From an uncultured Methylobacterium sp. (GTDB lineage Bacteria; Pseudomonadota; Alphaproteobacteria; Rhizobiales; Beijerinckiaceae): a stretch of 58,538 nt of DNA. Shown piece by piece: positions 1 to 8,385 of the stretch; positions within the stretch are counted from its first letter, which is position 1, and every line of letters starts with the position of its first letter. The stretch lies in contig NZ_CAXUJR010000006.1 of assembly GCF_964251405.1 (NCBI RefSeq), positions 5,324-63,861 of the forward strand, given 5' to 3'. A program made the translations under genes and the position numbers. Below the pieces are notes generated by a model that did no database searches, had not been told where the DNA came from, and was given only the letters and a program-made list of their open reading frames with translations.

Positions 1-238
1 CATGTCGACGGCCGTGCTCTTCGTCCAGCCGAGCAGCCCGGCGTAGAACGCAAAGGCGGCCTGCCAGTCGCGCGCGTGGAGTTCGTGCCAGCCGACATGG
101 CCGGGCGTACCGAGCGCCGGCATCTCGGGCGGGGCGCCCTCGGCCGCGGAAGAGGACGAAGACGGCGCCCTGCGAGTCGGCGGCGACGGCAAAGCGGCCG
201 ATACCAGGGATGTCTGCGGGCGCGCGATGGATCGCACC
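1..238 (-). pseudogene. VOC/glyoxalase family protein, 5'-truncated and frameshifted (runs off window start)
   Basis: Minus strand reads GAIHRAPADIPGIGRFAVAADSQGAVFVLFR (238-146), then after a frame change near 145 AEGAPPEMPALGTPGHVGWHELHARDWQAAFAFYAGLLGWTKSTAVDM; both are typical segments of two-domain VOC proteins. Confidence 0.7.
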
Positions 239-460
239 ACGCTGACGGCCGCCCTCAAGCCTCTCGAACGAGGAGGCCTCGTGGCGATCGCGATCGACGA
301 CAAGGACAGGCGAAGCCGGCGTCTCGTGCTGACGGATCGGGGCCGCAGCACCCTGGTCGAGGCGGTGCCGATCGGGAACCGCGCGCACGATGCGAACGAG
401 GCGAGGCTGGACGGGCTCGACCCGTCGGCGTTGCGAACATCTCTGCGCGCTCAGGAGTGA
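227..460 (+). pseudogene. MarR family regulator, C-terminal remnant
   Basis: MDRTTLTAALKPLER...DDKDRRSRRLVLTDRG is the recognition helix and wing (DxR) of MarR; the N-terminal half is absent. Confidence 0.7.
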
Positions 461-476
461 GGCCCGGAGACGACGG

Positions 477-502
477 CGGGGTCGGCGATGACGCCGACCC
501 CG
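477..502. terminator. GC-rich hairpin between convergent marR remnant and pntB
   Basis: CGGGGTCGGCG-atga-CGCCGACCCCG, perfect 11-bp stem; no clear U-tract. Confidence 0.45.
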
Positions 503-542
503 GTTCAGTCTGGATGAGTGGAGCGGATGTTCCGCCCGCGTC

Positions 543-1940
543 TCAGAGGTTCTTGAGGATCGAGTCGACGACCTTCTTGGCGTCGCCGAACAGCATCATG
601 GTGTTGTCGCGGAAGAACACCTCGTTCTCGACGCCCGCATACCCTGAGCCCATGCCGCGCTTGATGAAAAGCACGGTCTTGGCCCGCTCCACGTCGAGGA
701 TCGGCATGCCGTAGATCGGCGAGGCCTTGTCGGTCTTCGCGGCGGGGTTGGTGACGTCGTTGGCGCCGATCACGAAGGCAACGTCGGCCTGCGGGAACTC
801 GCCGTTGATGTCTTCCAACTCGTAGACCTCGTCGTAGGGGACGTTGGCTTCGGCGAGCAGCACGTTCATGTGGCCGGGCATGCGACCTGCCACCGGGTGG
901 ATGGCGTACTTCACGTCCACGCCCTCCTTCTTGAGCAGGTCCGCCATCTCGCGCAAGCTATGCTGGGCCTGGGCCACCGCCATGCCGTAGCCAGGCACGA
1001 TGATCACGCGCTCGGCGTTCTTCATGATGTAGGCGGCATCGTCCGCAGAGCCCTGCTTCACCGGCCTGGTCTCGACAGCGCCCGCCGGGCCAGCTGCGGC
1101 GTCACCGCCGAAGCCGCCGAGGATGACCGAGATGAACGACCGGTTCATCGCCTTGCACATGATGTAGGACAGGATCGCACCCGACGAGCCGACGAGCGCA
1201 CCCGTGATGATCAGCGCGAGATTGCCCAGCGTGAAGCCGATGCCGGCCGCAGCCCATCCCGAGTAGGAGTTCAGCATCGAGACGACGACGGGCATGTCGG
1301 CGCCACCGATCGGGACGATGAGAAGCCCACCGAGCACGAAGGACAGGATCACGATCAGCCAGAAGAGCAGCTTGCTCTCGGTGCCGATGAACATGGCGAT
1401 GAGGCCGACCAGCGCGATGGCCAGCGCGATGTTGATGGCATGGCGCTGGGGCAGGATGATCGGCTTGCCCGACATCCGCCCGGAGAGCTTGGCGAAGGCG
1501 ATGACCGAGCCCGTGAAGGTGATGGCGCCGATGGCGACGCCGAGTGCCATCTCGAACAGGGACTCCTTGTGGATGTGGCCGTTCTCGAGGATCCCGACCG
1601 CCTGGGGCGCATAGAGGGTACCCGCTGCGCCGGCCACGGCCGCGAGGCCGACCAGGGAGTGGAAGGCCGCCACGAGCTCAGGCATCGCCGTCATCGGCAC
1701 GCGCTTGGCGATCACCGCACCGGCGCCGCCACCGATAACGAGGCCGAGGATCACGATCGCCCAGGCGCCCGCCCCTGCCGGCGGATGGCCGACCAGGGTC
1801 GTGACGACGGCCAGCCCCATGCCGATCATGCCATAGAGGTTGCCCTGGCGCGACGTGGTCGGGTGCGAGAGCCCCCGCAGCGCCATGATGAACAGGACGC
1901 CGGCAACGATATAGAGGAGACTCGAGACGTTCTGGGACAT
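543..1940 (-). CDS. pntB: NAD(P) transhydrogenase subunit beta
   Basis: Hydrophobic N-half; GGADMPVVVSMLNSYSG, IHPVAGRMPGHMNVLLAEA and GANDVTNPAA motifs. Confidence 0.97.
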   Translation of the reverse strand: MSQNVSSLLYIVAGVLFIMALRGLSHPTTSRQGNLYGMIGMGLAVVTTLVGHPPAGAGAWAIVILGLVIGGGAGAVIAKRVPMTAMPELVAAFHSLVGLAAVAGAAGTLYAPQAVGILENGHIHKESLFEMALGVAIGAITFTGSVIAFAKLSGRMSGKPIILPQRHAINIALAIALVGLIAMFIGTESKLLFWLIVILSFVLGGLLIVPIGGADMPVVVSMLNSYSGWAAAGIGFTLGNLALIITGALVGSSGAILSYIMCKAMNRSFISVILGGFGGDAAAGPAGAVETRPVKQGSADDAAYIMKNAERVIIVPGYGMAVAQAQHSLREMADLLKKEGVDVKYAIHPVAGRMPGHMNVLLAEANVPYDEVYELEDINGEFPQADVAFVIGANDVTNPAAKTDKASPIYGMPILDVERAKTVLFIKRGMGSGYAGVENEVFFRDNTMMLFGDAKKVVDSILKNL

Positions 1941-1944
1941 CGTC

Positions 1945-2394
1945 TCAAGCCTTCTTCTTATACATGCCGAGCATGCGTTGGGTGACGAGGAACCCGCCGA
2001 AGATGTTCACGCTGGCAAAGACGATGCCGAGGAACCCGAAAAAGCGGGCCCAACCGGTGCCGTGCTCGATGAGCGGCACGCCGGCGGCGAGGATGGCGCC
2101 GACGATGATCACCGAGGAGATCGCGTTGGTCACCGACATCAGGGGCGTGTGCAGGGCCGGAGTCACGGACCAGACGACGTAGTAGCCGACGAGGATCGCC
2201 AGCACGAAGATCGCGAGCTGGAAGACGACCGGGTCGACAGCGCCGTGGGTCACGGCGGAGAGGCCTTGGCCGAGGCTGTCGGCGATGGTCTGCGCCTGGT
2301 CGGCATTCGCTTTCGCGATGTCGGCCGCGGTACGGGCGGCGGCGGCGGCGGCGCGTGCCTGCTCGGCCGCCAGTTCGGGTGGAAGCGTGGCCAT
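1945..2394 (-). CDS. pntAB: NAD(P) transhydrogenase subunit alpha part 2 (membrane)
   Basis: [18 protein letters not shown] and [13 protein letters not shown] motifs; lies between pntAA and pntB. Confidence 0.93.
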   Translation of the reverse strand: MATLPPELAAEQARAAAAAARTAADIAKANADQAQTIADSLGQGLSAVTHGAVDPVVFQLAIFVLAILVGYYVVWSVTPALHTPLMSVTNAISSVIIVGAILAAGVPLIEHGTGWARFFGFLGIVFASVNIFGGFLVTQRMLGMYKKKA

Positions 2395-2412
2395 CTTGGT
2401 CCTCCGGCGGGA

Positions 2413-3552
2413 TCAGGCTTTGGGCTGGAAGGCGGCGTGGACCACCTGGCCGTCACGGGTCAGGTTCGTGGCCTTGACGAGCTCGTCGTCCCACTTGATC
2501 GCCAGTGTCTTGGCCTCCTTGTCGACCAGCGTCTCGACGAAGGCGTAGAGGTTGCGTGCGTAGAGGTTCGACGCTGTGGCGGCGAGCCGGCCTGGCACGT
2601 TGAGGTGGCCGACGATCTTGGCACCGTTGCCCGTCACGACGATCTCGCCGGGCTTGGCGCCCTCGACGTTGCCGCCGCGCTCCACCGCGAGATCGACCAG
2701 CACCGAGCCCGGTTTCATCGAGGCGACCATCGCCTCGGAAATCAGCTTGGGTGCGGGCCGGCCGGGGATCAGCGCCGTGGTGATGACGATGTCCTGCTTG
2801 GCGATGTGGGTCGCCACGAGCTCGGCCTGCTTCTTCTGGTACTCGGCCGACATCTCCTTGGCGTAGCCGCCCGAGGTTTCGGCCTGCTTGAACTCGTCGT
2901 CCTCGACAGCGACGAACTTGGCCCCGAGCGACTCCACCTGTTCCTTGGTGGCGGGCCGCACGTCGGTGGCGGTGACGACAGCGCCCATGCGGCGCGCGGT
3001 TGCGATGGCCTGCAGGCCGGCGACGCCGACGCCCATCACGAAGACGCGGGCGGCGGGCACGGTGCCGGCGGCCGTCATCATCATCGGCATGGCGCGGCCG
3101 TACTCGGAGGCACCGTCGATCACGGCCCGGTAGCCGGCGAGGTTGGCCTGGCTCGAGAGCACATCCATGACCTGAGCGCGGGTGATGCGGGGCATCAACT
3201 CCATGGCGAAGGAGGTGACGCCGGCTTCGGCCATGGCCTTGAGCGCGTCCTCGTTGCCGTAGGGGTCCATGATCGCCACGACGGTCGCACCGCTCTTGTA
3301 GACGCCGAGTTCGTCGGCGGCGGGGCGGCGCACCTTCAAGATCAGGTCGGCGTCGCGGGCCGCCTCCTCTGCGGAGGCCGCCATGGTGGCGCCGGCCGCC
3401 TCGTACTCGCCGTCCGGCACGCCGGCCTTGGTGCCGGCACCGGACTGGACGACGACGTCGGCGCCGAGCGCCTTGAACTTCTTCACCGTCTCGGGGACCG
3501 CCGCGACTCGCGGCTCCGCAGAATCCGTCTCAGACAGGACAGCGACGCGCAT
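2413..3552 (-). CDS. pntAA: NAD(P) transhydrogenase subunit alpha part 1 (dI, NAD-binding)
   Basis: PRITRAQVMDVLSSQANLAGYRAV, GVGVAGLQAIATA Rossmann motif, TTALIPGRPAP. Confidence 0.96.
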   Translation of the reverse strand: MRVAVLSETDSAEPRVAAVPETVKKFKALGADVVVQSGAGTKAGVPDGEYEAAGATMAASAEEAARDADLILKVRRPAADELGVYKSGATVVAIMDPYGNEDALKAMAEAGVTSFAMELMPRITRAQVMDVLSSQANLAGYRAVIDGASEYGRAMPMMMTAAGTVPAARVFVMGVGVAGLQAIATARRMGAVVTATDVRPATKEQVESLGAKFVAVEDDEFKQAETSGGYAKEMSAEYQKKQAELVATHIAKQDIVITTALIPGRPAPKLISEAMVASMKPGSVLVDLAVERGGNVEGAKPGEIVVTGNGAKIVGHLNVPGRLAATASNLYARNLYAFVETLVDKEAKTLAIKWDDELVKATNLTRDGQVVHAAFQPKA

Positions 3553-3604
3553 TCAACGATTCCCCACGGAACGGACCGATGTGATGGCCGGCAAGAAGGC
3601 GGCT

Positions 3605-3898
3605 TCAGGCGAAGGCGAGGTACAGGGCAAGGAGGATGCCCACGACGAGGGGGCCCTTCCAGCCGATCGCCGGAGAGAGGGCGCCGACCGCACCCGCGGC
3701 GCCCGAAAGGAACACGCCGAAGATCGCCATCAGCCATGCTTCACGAATGCCGCCAACCGCCAGAGCAAGAACCCAGCAGAGCACCACGACGGTGCCGATT
3801 TCCACGAAACGGACGAAGCCACGATAGGTCTGTTCGTGCGTTTTGTCGTCCATCGCCGGGCTGTAGCCATAACCGGGCGTGGTCTTCGTATCGGCCAT
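3605..3898 (-). CDS. aa3-type cytochrome c oxidase subunit IV family protein
   Basis: PAMDDKTHEQTYRGFVRF (MDxxxHExTYxGF) followed by TM helices; start moved to ATG 3898. Confidence 0.75.
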   Translation of the reverse strand: MADTKTTPGYGYSPAMDDKTHEQTYRGFVRFVEIGTVVVLCWVLALAVGGIREAWLMAIFGVFLSGAAGAVGALSPAIGWKGPLVVGILLALYLAFA

Positions 3899-4038
3899 CG
3901 TGTGGTCGTCCCCGTGACGTCGTCTTGATTGGTTCCAAGGGGATCTAGCGCAAGCCAAAGCGGCCCGCAATCGAGTTGCGGGCCGATGGAATCCATTCAA
4001 CGGTTTTCGCAGGGGACGCGATGGAGGCCGCTGATCCG

Positions 4039-5412
4039 TCAGACGGGTTCCGGCAACCCCGCGACGGCGAGGGCCTGACTCTGACGGGCCGACAGTTCGT
4101 CCAGTGAGAACCGCTCGATCTCTGCCTCGAACAGCCGGTGATAATTCAGCTCCGACCGGAGGTGCAGGAAGACGGCGCCCAGCCCAACGGCGGCCCGGTC
4201 CATGAAGACGAATTCCTGGGGCACGGTGACCGGCCCCCGTGCTTTGAGCGCCTGGTGGACCTCGAAGGCCTGGCGGCGGCCGTAATCCCCCGGCTTGACG
4301 CCGTCGGCGACCGTACGGGTGCGGTCTTCGAGGAGCGGCCCATAGATGAAGCCGGCCCAGATGTTCAGGATGTCGATCAGCTCCCGGTTGAGATTCTTGA
4401 AGCCCCAGGTCTCGTAGGCGTGGACGATGCGTGCCTGATCGTTGGTGAGGAGCCCGCGATAGAGGTCGACCACGCCACCGACGAAGCGCGGGTGGAAGAT
4501 GCGGACGCAGCCGTAGTCGAGAAGATTGATGCCGCTCGGCTCACCCCCCTCCGAGAAGACGGTGTAGTTGCCCAAATGCGGGTCGCCATGGATGACGGCG
4601 GCGCGGCTGAACGGGTGCCACCACGCCTTGAACATCGACTGCGCGAGGTGGTTTCGGATCTCGATCGAGGATTCCGAGAAACTCAGGATCCTCTCGCCTT
4701 CGAGCCAGCCCAGGGTGAGCAGGCGCTTCGTCGAGAGGTCCTGATGGATCGCCGGCACCCGCACGACGTCGATGTCGCGCAGGACGTTCCCGTAGAGGAC
4801 GGCGTGCTTGGCCTCGCGCTCGTAGTCGAGCTCCTCGCGCACCCTCGCGCCGATCTCCTTGGCGATCTCGCGGGTGTCGAGCCAGGAACTGATGCGCCGA
4901 TGCAGGGCGAAGGCGACCTCGAGCTGGGTCAAGTCGGCCTCCACGGCCGACTGCATGTCCGGATACTGGAGCTTGCAGGCGTAGGGCGTCCCGTCGAGAC
5001 CCACGGCCTTGTGGACCTGCCCCAGAGAGGCTGCGGCCGCGGGCTTGAGGTCGAAGCTCGTAAAGCGCGACTGCCAGTCCGGACCGAGCTCCGCCATCAT
5101 GCGACGCTTGACGAAGGCCGCCCCCATCGGCGGTGCATCGGCCTGGAGCTTCTGCAGCTCGGCGGCGTATTCGGGCGGCAGCAGGTCCGGCACCGTGGCC
5201 AGAAGCTGCGCCACCTTCATGATCGGCCCCTTGAGGCCGCCGAGCGCCTGGGCCAACGCCGCCGCGTTGGTCGGCGTCTCGCCGCCCTTGGCACCGAACA
5301 GCTTGGCGCCGGCCATGCGCGCCGCCACCCCGCCGACATTGGCGCCGACGCGGGCGTAGCGGCTGGCGCGTGCGGAGAAGCGATTGGCTTCGCTGTCGTG
5401 GTCGGCCATCAA
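4039..5412 (-). CDS. AarF/ABC1/UbiB family atypical kinase
   Basis: MKVAQ, AAASLGQVHKA, KLQYP, EELDY, HGDPHLGN and LLDYG motifs. Confidence 0.92.
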   Translation of the reverse strand: MMADHDSEANRFSARASRYARVGANVGGVAARMAGAKLFGAKGGETPTNAAALAQALGGLKGPIMKVAQLLATVPDLLPPEYAAELQKLQADAPPMGAAFVKRRMMAELGPDWQSRFTSFDLKPAAAASLGQVHKAVGLDGTPYACKLQYPDMQSAVEADLTQLEVAFALHRRISSWLDTREIAKEIGARVREELDYEREAKHAVLYGNVLRDIDVVRVPAIHQDLSTKRLLTLGWLEGERILSFSESSIEIRNHLAQSMFKAWWHPFSRAAVIHGDPHLGNYTVFSEGGEPSGINLLDYGCVRIFHPRFVGGVVDLYRGLLTNDQARIVHAYETWGFKNLNRELIDILNIWAGFIYGPLLEDRTRTVADGVKPGDYGRRQAFEVHQALKARGPVTVPQEFVFMDRAAVGLGAVFLHLRSELNYHRLFEAEIERFSLDELSARQSQALAVAGLPEPV

Positions 5413-5499
5413 GGGGAGATCCGCTGAGCAGTGTGGGTGACCTCGACATAAGCCGAGATCGACCCGATGCCAGGGCGATGAGGCCGCGGGTCGCGGGCT

Positions 5500-5898
5500 T
5501 CAGGCGGCCGGCCAGTTGTCGCGAATCCAGCGGGCAAGGCCGGTTTCGTCGACCTCGCCGGCGGCGAGGCCTCGGATCATCACTACGGCTTCGGCTTCTT
5601 CGACCACGAGATCGACCTCGTTGAGACCGAGGAATGTAATCAATGCCAGAAGAGCCGCACGCTTGTTGCCATCAATGGACGGATGGTTCTTCGCGATCCC
5701 GAAGGCGTAGGCGGCAGCCAATTCGGCCAGATCGACGTCTCCATGAGCCGCCCGGTTCATCGGGCGGCCGAGAGCGGATTCAAGCGCGCCCTCGTCGCGA
5801 ACGCCCGTTGGGCCGCCGAAGAGCTTGAGCTGGTGCGCGTGAATGGCTTGGACGAGGTCGCTCGTCAGCCAAACGACCTCGCCCTGTTGTTCGCTCAC
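5500..5898 (-). CDS. Type II TA toxin, death-on-curing (Doc/Fic) family
   Basis: GVRDEGALESALGRP and NHPSIDGNKR; GTG start at 5898 overlaps antitoxin stop (GTGA). Confidence 0.88.
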   Translation of the reverse strand: MSEQQGEVVWLTSDLVQAIHAHQLKLFGGPTGVRDEGALESALGRPMNRAAHGDVDLAELAAAYAFGIAKNHPSIDGNKRAALLALITFLGLNEVDLVVEEAEAVVMIRGLAAGEVDETGLARWIRDNWPAA

Positions 5899-6119
5899 TT
5901 GGCGAGTTCGGACAGGGCGTTGCGATACGTCTTCATCGCCTTCTCGGCGATCTTCATGCCTTTCTCGAAGGTCGGATCGTAGGGCGATAATCGGACCGAG
6001 CCATCGGTACTCTCGGTCACGTAGAGCCAATCCCCTTGGGCGAGATTGAGTTTGCTCATCAACTCCCGAGGCAGGATGAGCCCGGTGGAGTTTCCGATCT
6101 TCTTCACTTCGAGCTTCAT
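5895..6119 (-). CDS. AbrB/MazE/SpoVT family antitoxin
   Basis: KIGNSTGLILPRELMSKLNLAQGD; C-terminal YRNALSELAK typical of Doc-partner antitoxins; 74 aa directly upstream of doc. Confidence 0.9.
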   Translation of the reverse strand: MKLEVKKIGNSTGLILPRELMSKLNLAQGDWLYVTESTDGSVRLSPYDPTFEKGMKIAEKAMKTYRNALSELAK

Positions 6120-6124
6120 GGTAG

Positions 6125-6161
6125 CGGCCTTGCGTTGTACGTTCCGTACAACGCAAGGCCG
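6125..6161. promoter_or_regulatory. Perfect 17-bp inverted repeat, probable TA operator
   Basis: CGGCCTTGCGTTGTACG-ttc-CGTACAACGCAAGGCCG, 5 nt from the antitoxin ATG. Confidence 0.65.
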
Positions 6162-6179
6162 TTCGGCGCAAAGGGCGCG

Positions 6180-8054
6180 TCAGCCCTCCATGGTCTCGAG
6201 TTCCTCGATCATCCCCTCGATCATGGTGAGCCCGATCTGCCAGAAAGCCGGGTCGCGGGCGTCGAGGCCGAAGGGGGCCAACAACTCGCCGTAGGGCTTC
6301 GAGCCGCCGGCCGAGAGCAGGGTGAAGTAGCGCTCGACGAACCCGGTCTCGGCCGTGGCGTAGACCCCGTAGAGGGAGTTCACGAGGCAGTCGCCGAAGG
6401 CGTAGGCGTAGACGTAGAACGGCGAGTGGATGAAGTGCGGGATGTAGGCCCAGAACGGCTCGTAGCTCGGGTCGAGGGCGATGGCGGGCCCTAAGCTCTC
6501 CGCCTGCACGGAGATCCAGAGCGCGTTGATCTGCTCCGCGGTGAGCTCGCCCTCCGCCCGGGCGAGGTGAACCTTGCGCTCGAACGAGTAGAACGCGATC
6601 TGGCGCACCACCGTGTTGATCATGTCCTCGACCTTGGCCGCCAGCATCGCGCGCTTCTGGCTCGGGTCTGTGATGCCGGCGAGCAGGCGGCGGAAGGTCA
6701 GCATCTCGCCGAACACGCTCGCGGTCTCGGCCAGCGTCAGGGGTGTCGGGGCCATCAGGGCGCCGTTCGGGCCGGCCAGGACCTGGTGCACGCCGTGGCC
6801 GAGTTCGTGCGCCAGGGTCATCACATCCCGCGGCTTGCCCTGGTAGTTCACGAGGACATAGGGGTGCGCCGAGGGCACCGTCGGGTGCGCGAAGGCGCCC
6901 GGCGCCTTGCCGGGCCGGGTCGGGGCATCAATCCAGCGCCCATCGAAGAAGCTCCTGGCGATGTCGGCCATCCGTGGCGAGAAGGCCCCGTAGGCGTCGA
7001 GCACGGTGTCGCGGGCCTCCGCCCAGGAGATGGTGCGCTGCTCGACGCGGGGCAGCGGTGCGTTGCGGTCCCAGTAGGGCATCGCCTCGACGCCGAACCA
7101 GCGTGCCTTGAGCCGGTAGTAGCGGTGCGAGAGGCGCGGATAGGCCGCCTGAACGGCCTCCACCATCGCGGCCACGACTTCGGGCTCGACCCGGTTGGCG
7201 AGATGGCGCGCGTCGGCCACGTCGGAGAACCCGCGCCAGCGGTCGGAGATCTCCTTGTCCTTGGCCAGCGTATTGGTGATCAGCGTGAAGGTCCGCAGGT
7301 TTGCGCGGAACACCTCGCTGAGCGCGCCCGCCGCCGCCTTCCGGATTTCTCCGTCGGAATCCTGGAGCCGGTTGAGCGTCGGTTCGAGGGTCAGCTGCTC
7401 ACCCTGGACGGGAAAGCGCAAGCTCGCGATGGTGCCGTCGAAGAGCCGGTTCCAGGCGGCCCGCCCGGTGACGGACTTCTCCAGGAACAGCTTCTCGGTG
7501 CGGTCGTCGAGCTGGAACGCCTTCTCCCGGCGCAGGTCCTCGATCCAGGGCTGGTAATGGCTCAGGGGGCCATCGGTCATGGCCCGGTCCATCACCGCGT
7601 CCTCGACCCGGTTGAGTTCGAGGGTGAAGAACAGGAGGTCGCCCGAGGCCTTGGTCAGGCGCTCCTGGGTGTCGCCGTAGAACTTCTCCCGCCGCTCGTC
7701 GGTGGTGTCGCCGGAATAGACGAGGCCGGCAAAGGACATCAGCCGGCCGAGGAGATCCTCGATTCCCTCGTAGGCCCTCACGGCCTCCCCGAGCCGAGCG
7801 GAGGCATCGCCGGAGGCGGCGATCGCCGCGACCTCGCCCGCATAGCGGGCCGAGAAGTCCCGGCATTCCGCCTCGGCGCGGGCGAGGTCGGCGCGGAAGT
7901 CCGACGAGTCGATGCCGGAATACAGGTCCGAGAGATCCCATTCCGGCAGGGCGCCCAGATCCACCGCCAGGGCCGCCGCCCGGGCCGCACTTCCGCCTTC
8001 GGTCTGTCGCGTCGGGCTCGAGAGGACGGTCTTCGCGACGGATCGGATCGACAT
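6180..8054 (-). CDS. M3 family oligoendopeptidase F
   Basis: WDLSDLY N-terminus, GKAPGAF, TLAHELGH zinc motif, AETASVFGE, HFIHSPFYVYAYAFG. Confidence 0.93.
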   Translation of the reverse strand: MSIRSVAKTVLSSPTRQTEGGSAARAAALAVDLGALPEWDLSDLYSGIDSSDFRADLARAEAECRDFSARYAGEVAAIAASGDASARLGEAVRAYEGIEDLLGRLMSFAGLVYSGDTTDERREKFYGDTQERLTKASGDLLFFTLELNRVEDAVMDRAMTDGPLSHYQPWIEDLRREKAFQLDDRTEKLFLEKSVTGRAAWNRLFDGTIASLRFPVQGEQLTLEPTLNRLQDSDGEIRKAAAGALSEVFRANLRTFTLITNTLAKDKEISDRWRGFSDVADARHLANRVEPEVVAAMVEAVQAAYPRLSHRYYRLKARWFGVEAMPYWDRNAPLPRVEQRTISWAEARDTVLDAYGAFSPRMADIARSFFDGRWIDAPTRPGKAPGAFAHPTVPSAHPYVLVNYQGKPRDVMTLAHELGHGVHQVLAGPNGALMAPTPLTLAETASVFGEMLTFRRLLAGITDPSQKRAMLAAKVEDMINTVVRQIAFYSFERKVHLARAEGELTAEQINALWISVQAESLGPAIALDPSYEPFWAYIPHFIHSPFYVYAYAFGDCLVNSLYGVYATAETGFVERYFTLLSAGGSKPYGELLAPFGLDARDPAFWQIGLTMIEGMIEELETMEG

Positions 8055-8246
8055 GATGTTTCAACATCCCCATGCGGCGCGGAGCGCCGCCGCTTCGTTC
8101 GGTGACGTGCCACCGTTCCTGCGCTGATATCGAGCGCGACGGCCCCGCGATCAACCGAGCAATCGTCATCCATCGCCAGGGGCAACCCGTCGCAGCGAGG
8201 CCGATGGAGGATCGCCGGGGCCGAGCACGGATAACCGCCATCGTCG

Positions 8247-8262
8247 TTAAGCGCAGCTTTAC
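8247..8262 (+). promoter_or_regulatory. CtrA-box-like site upstream of tacA-like gene
   Basis: TTAA-GCGCAGC-TTTAC, one mismatch to TTAA-N7-TTAAC. Confidence 0.5.
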
Positions 8263-8385
8263 GCTCTTGCTGCACGCTACGGCTCGAAACGAAACAACGG
8301 CCGGTCGGCGTCGCAGGTACATCCCGCAAGGGTCGTCCGGGGATGCGGCCGCCTTCCTCGCCTCACGGACCCGGGGTCTCATCGT

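Noticed and set aside
543-3552. Split pntA as a pseudogene
   Set aside because: Three-gene transhydrogenase is a normal arrangement in many alphaproteobacteria and each gene is intact
1978-3948. Long antisense and alternate-frame ORFs (also 6567-8105, 7399-9756, 25535-27178, 47669-49234, 49645-51669, 53120-54580)
   Set aside because: Shadow ORFs opposite well-supported genes; expected in high-GC DNA and lacking family motifs
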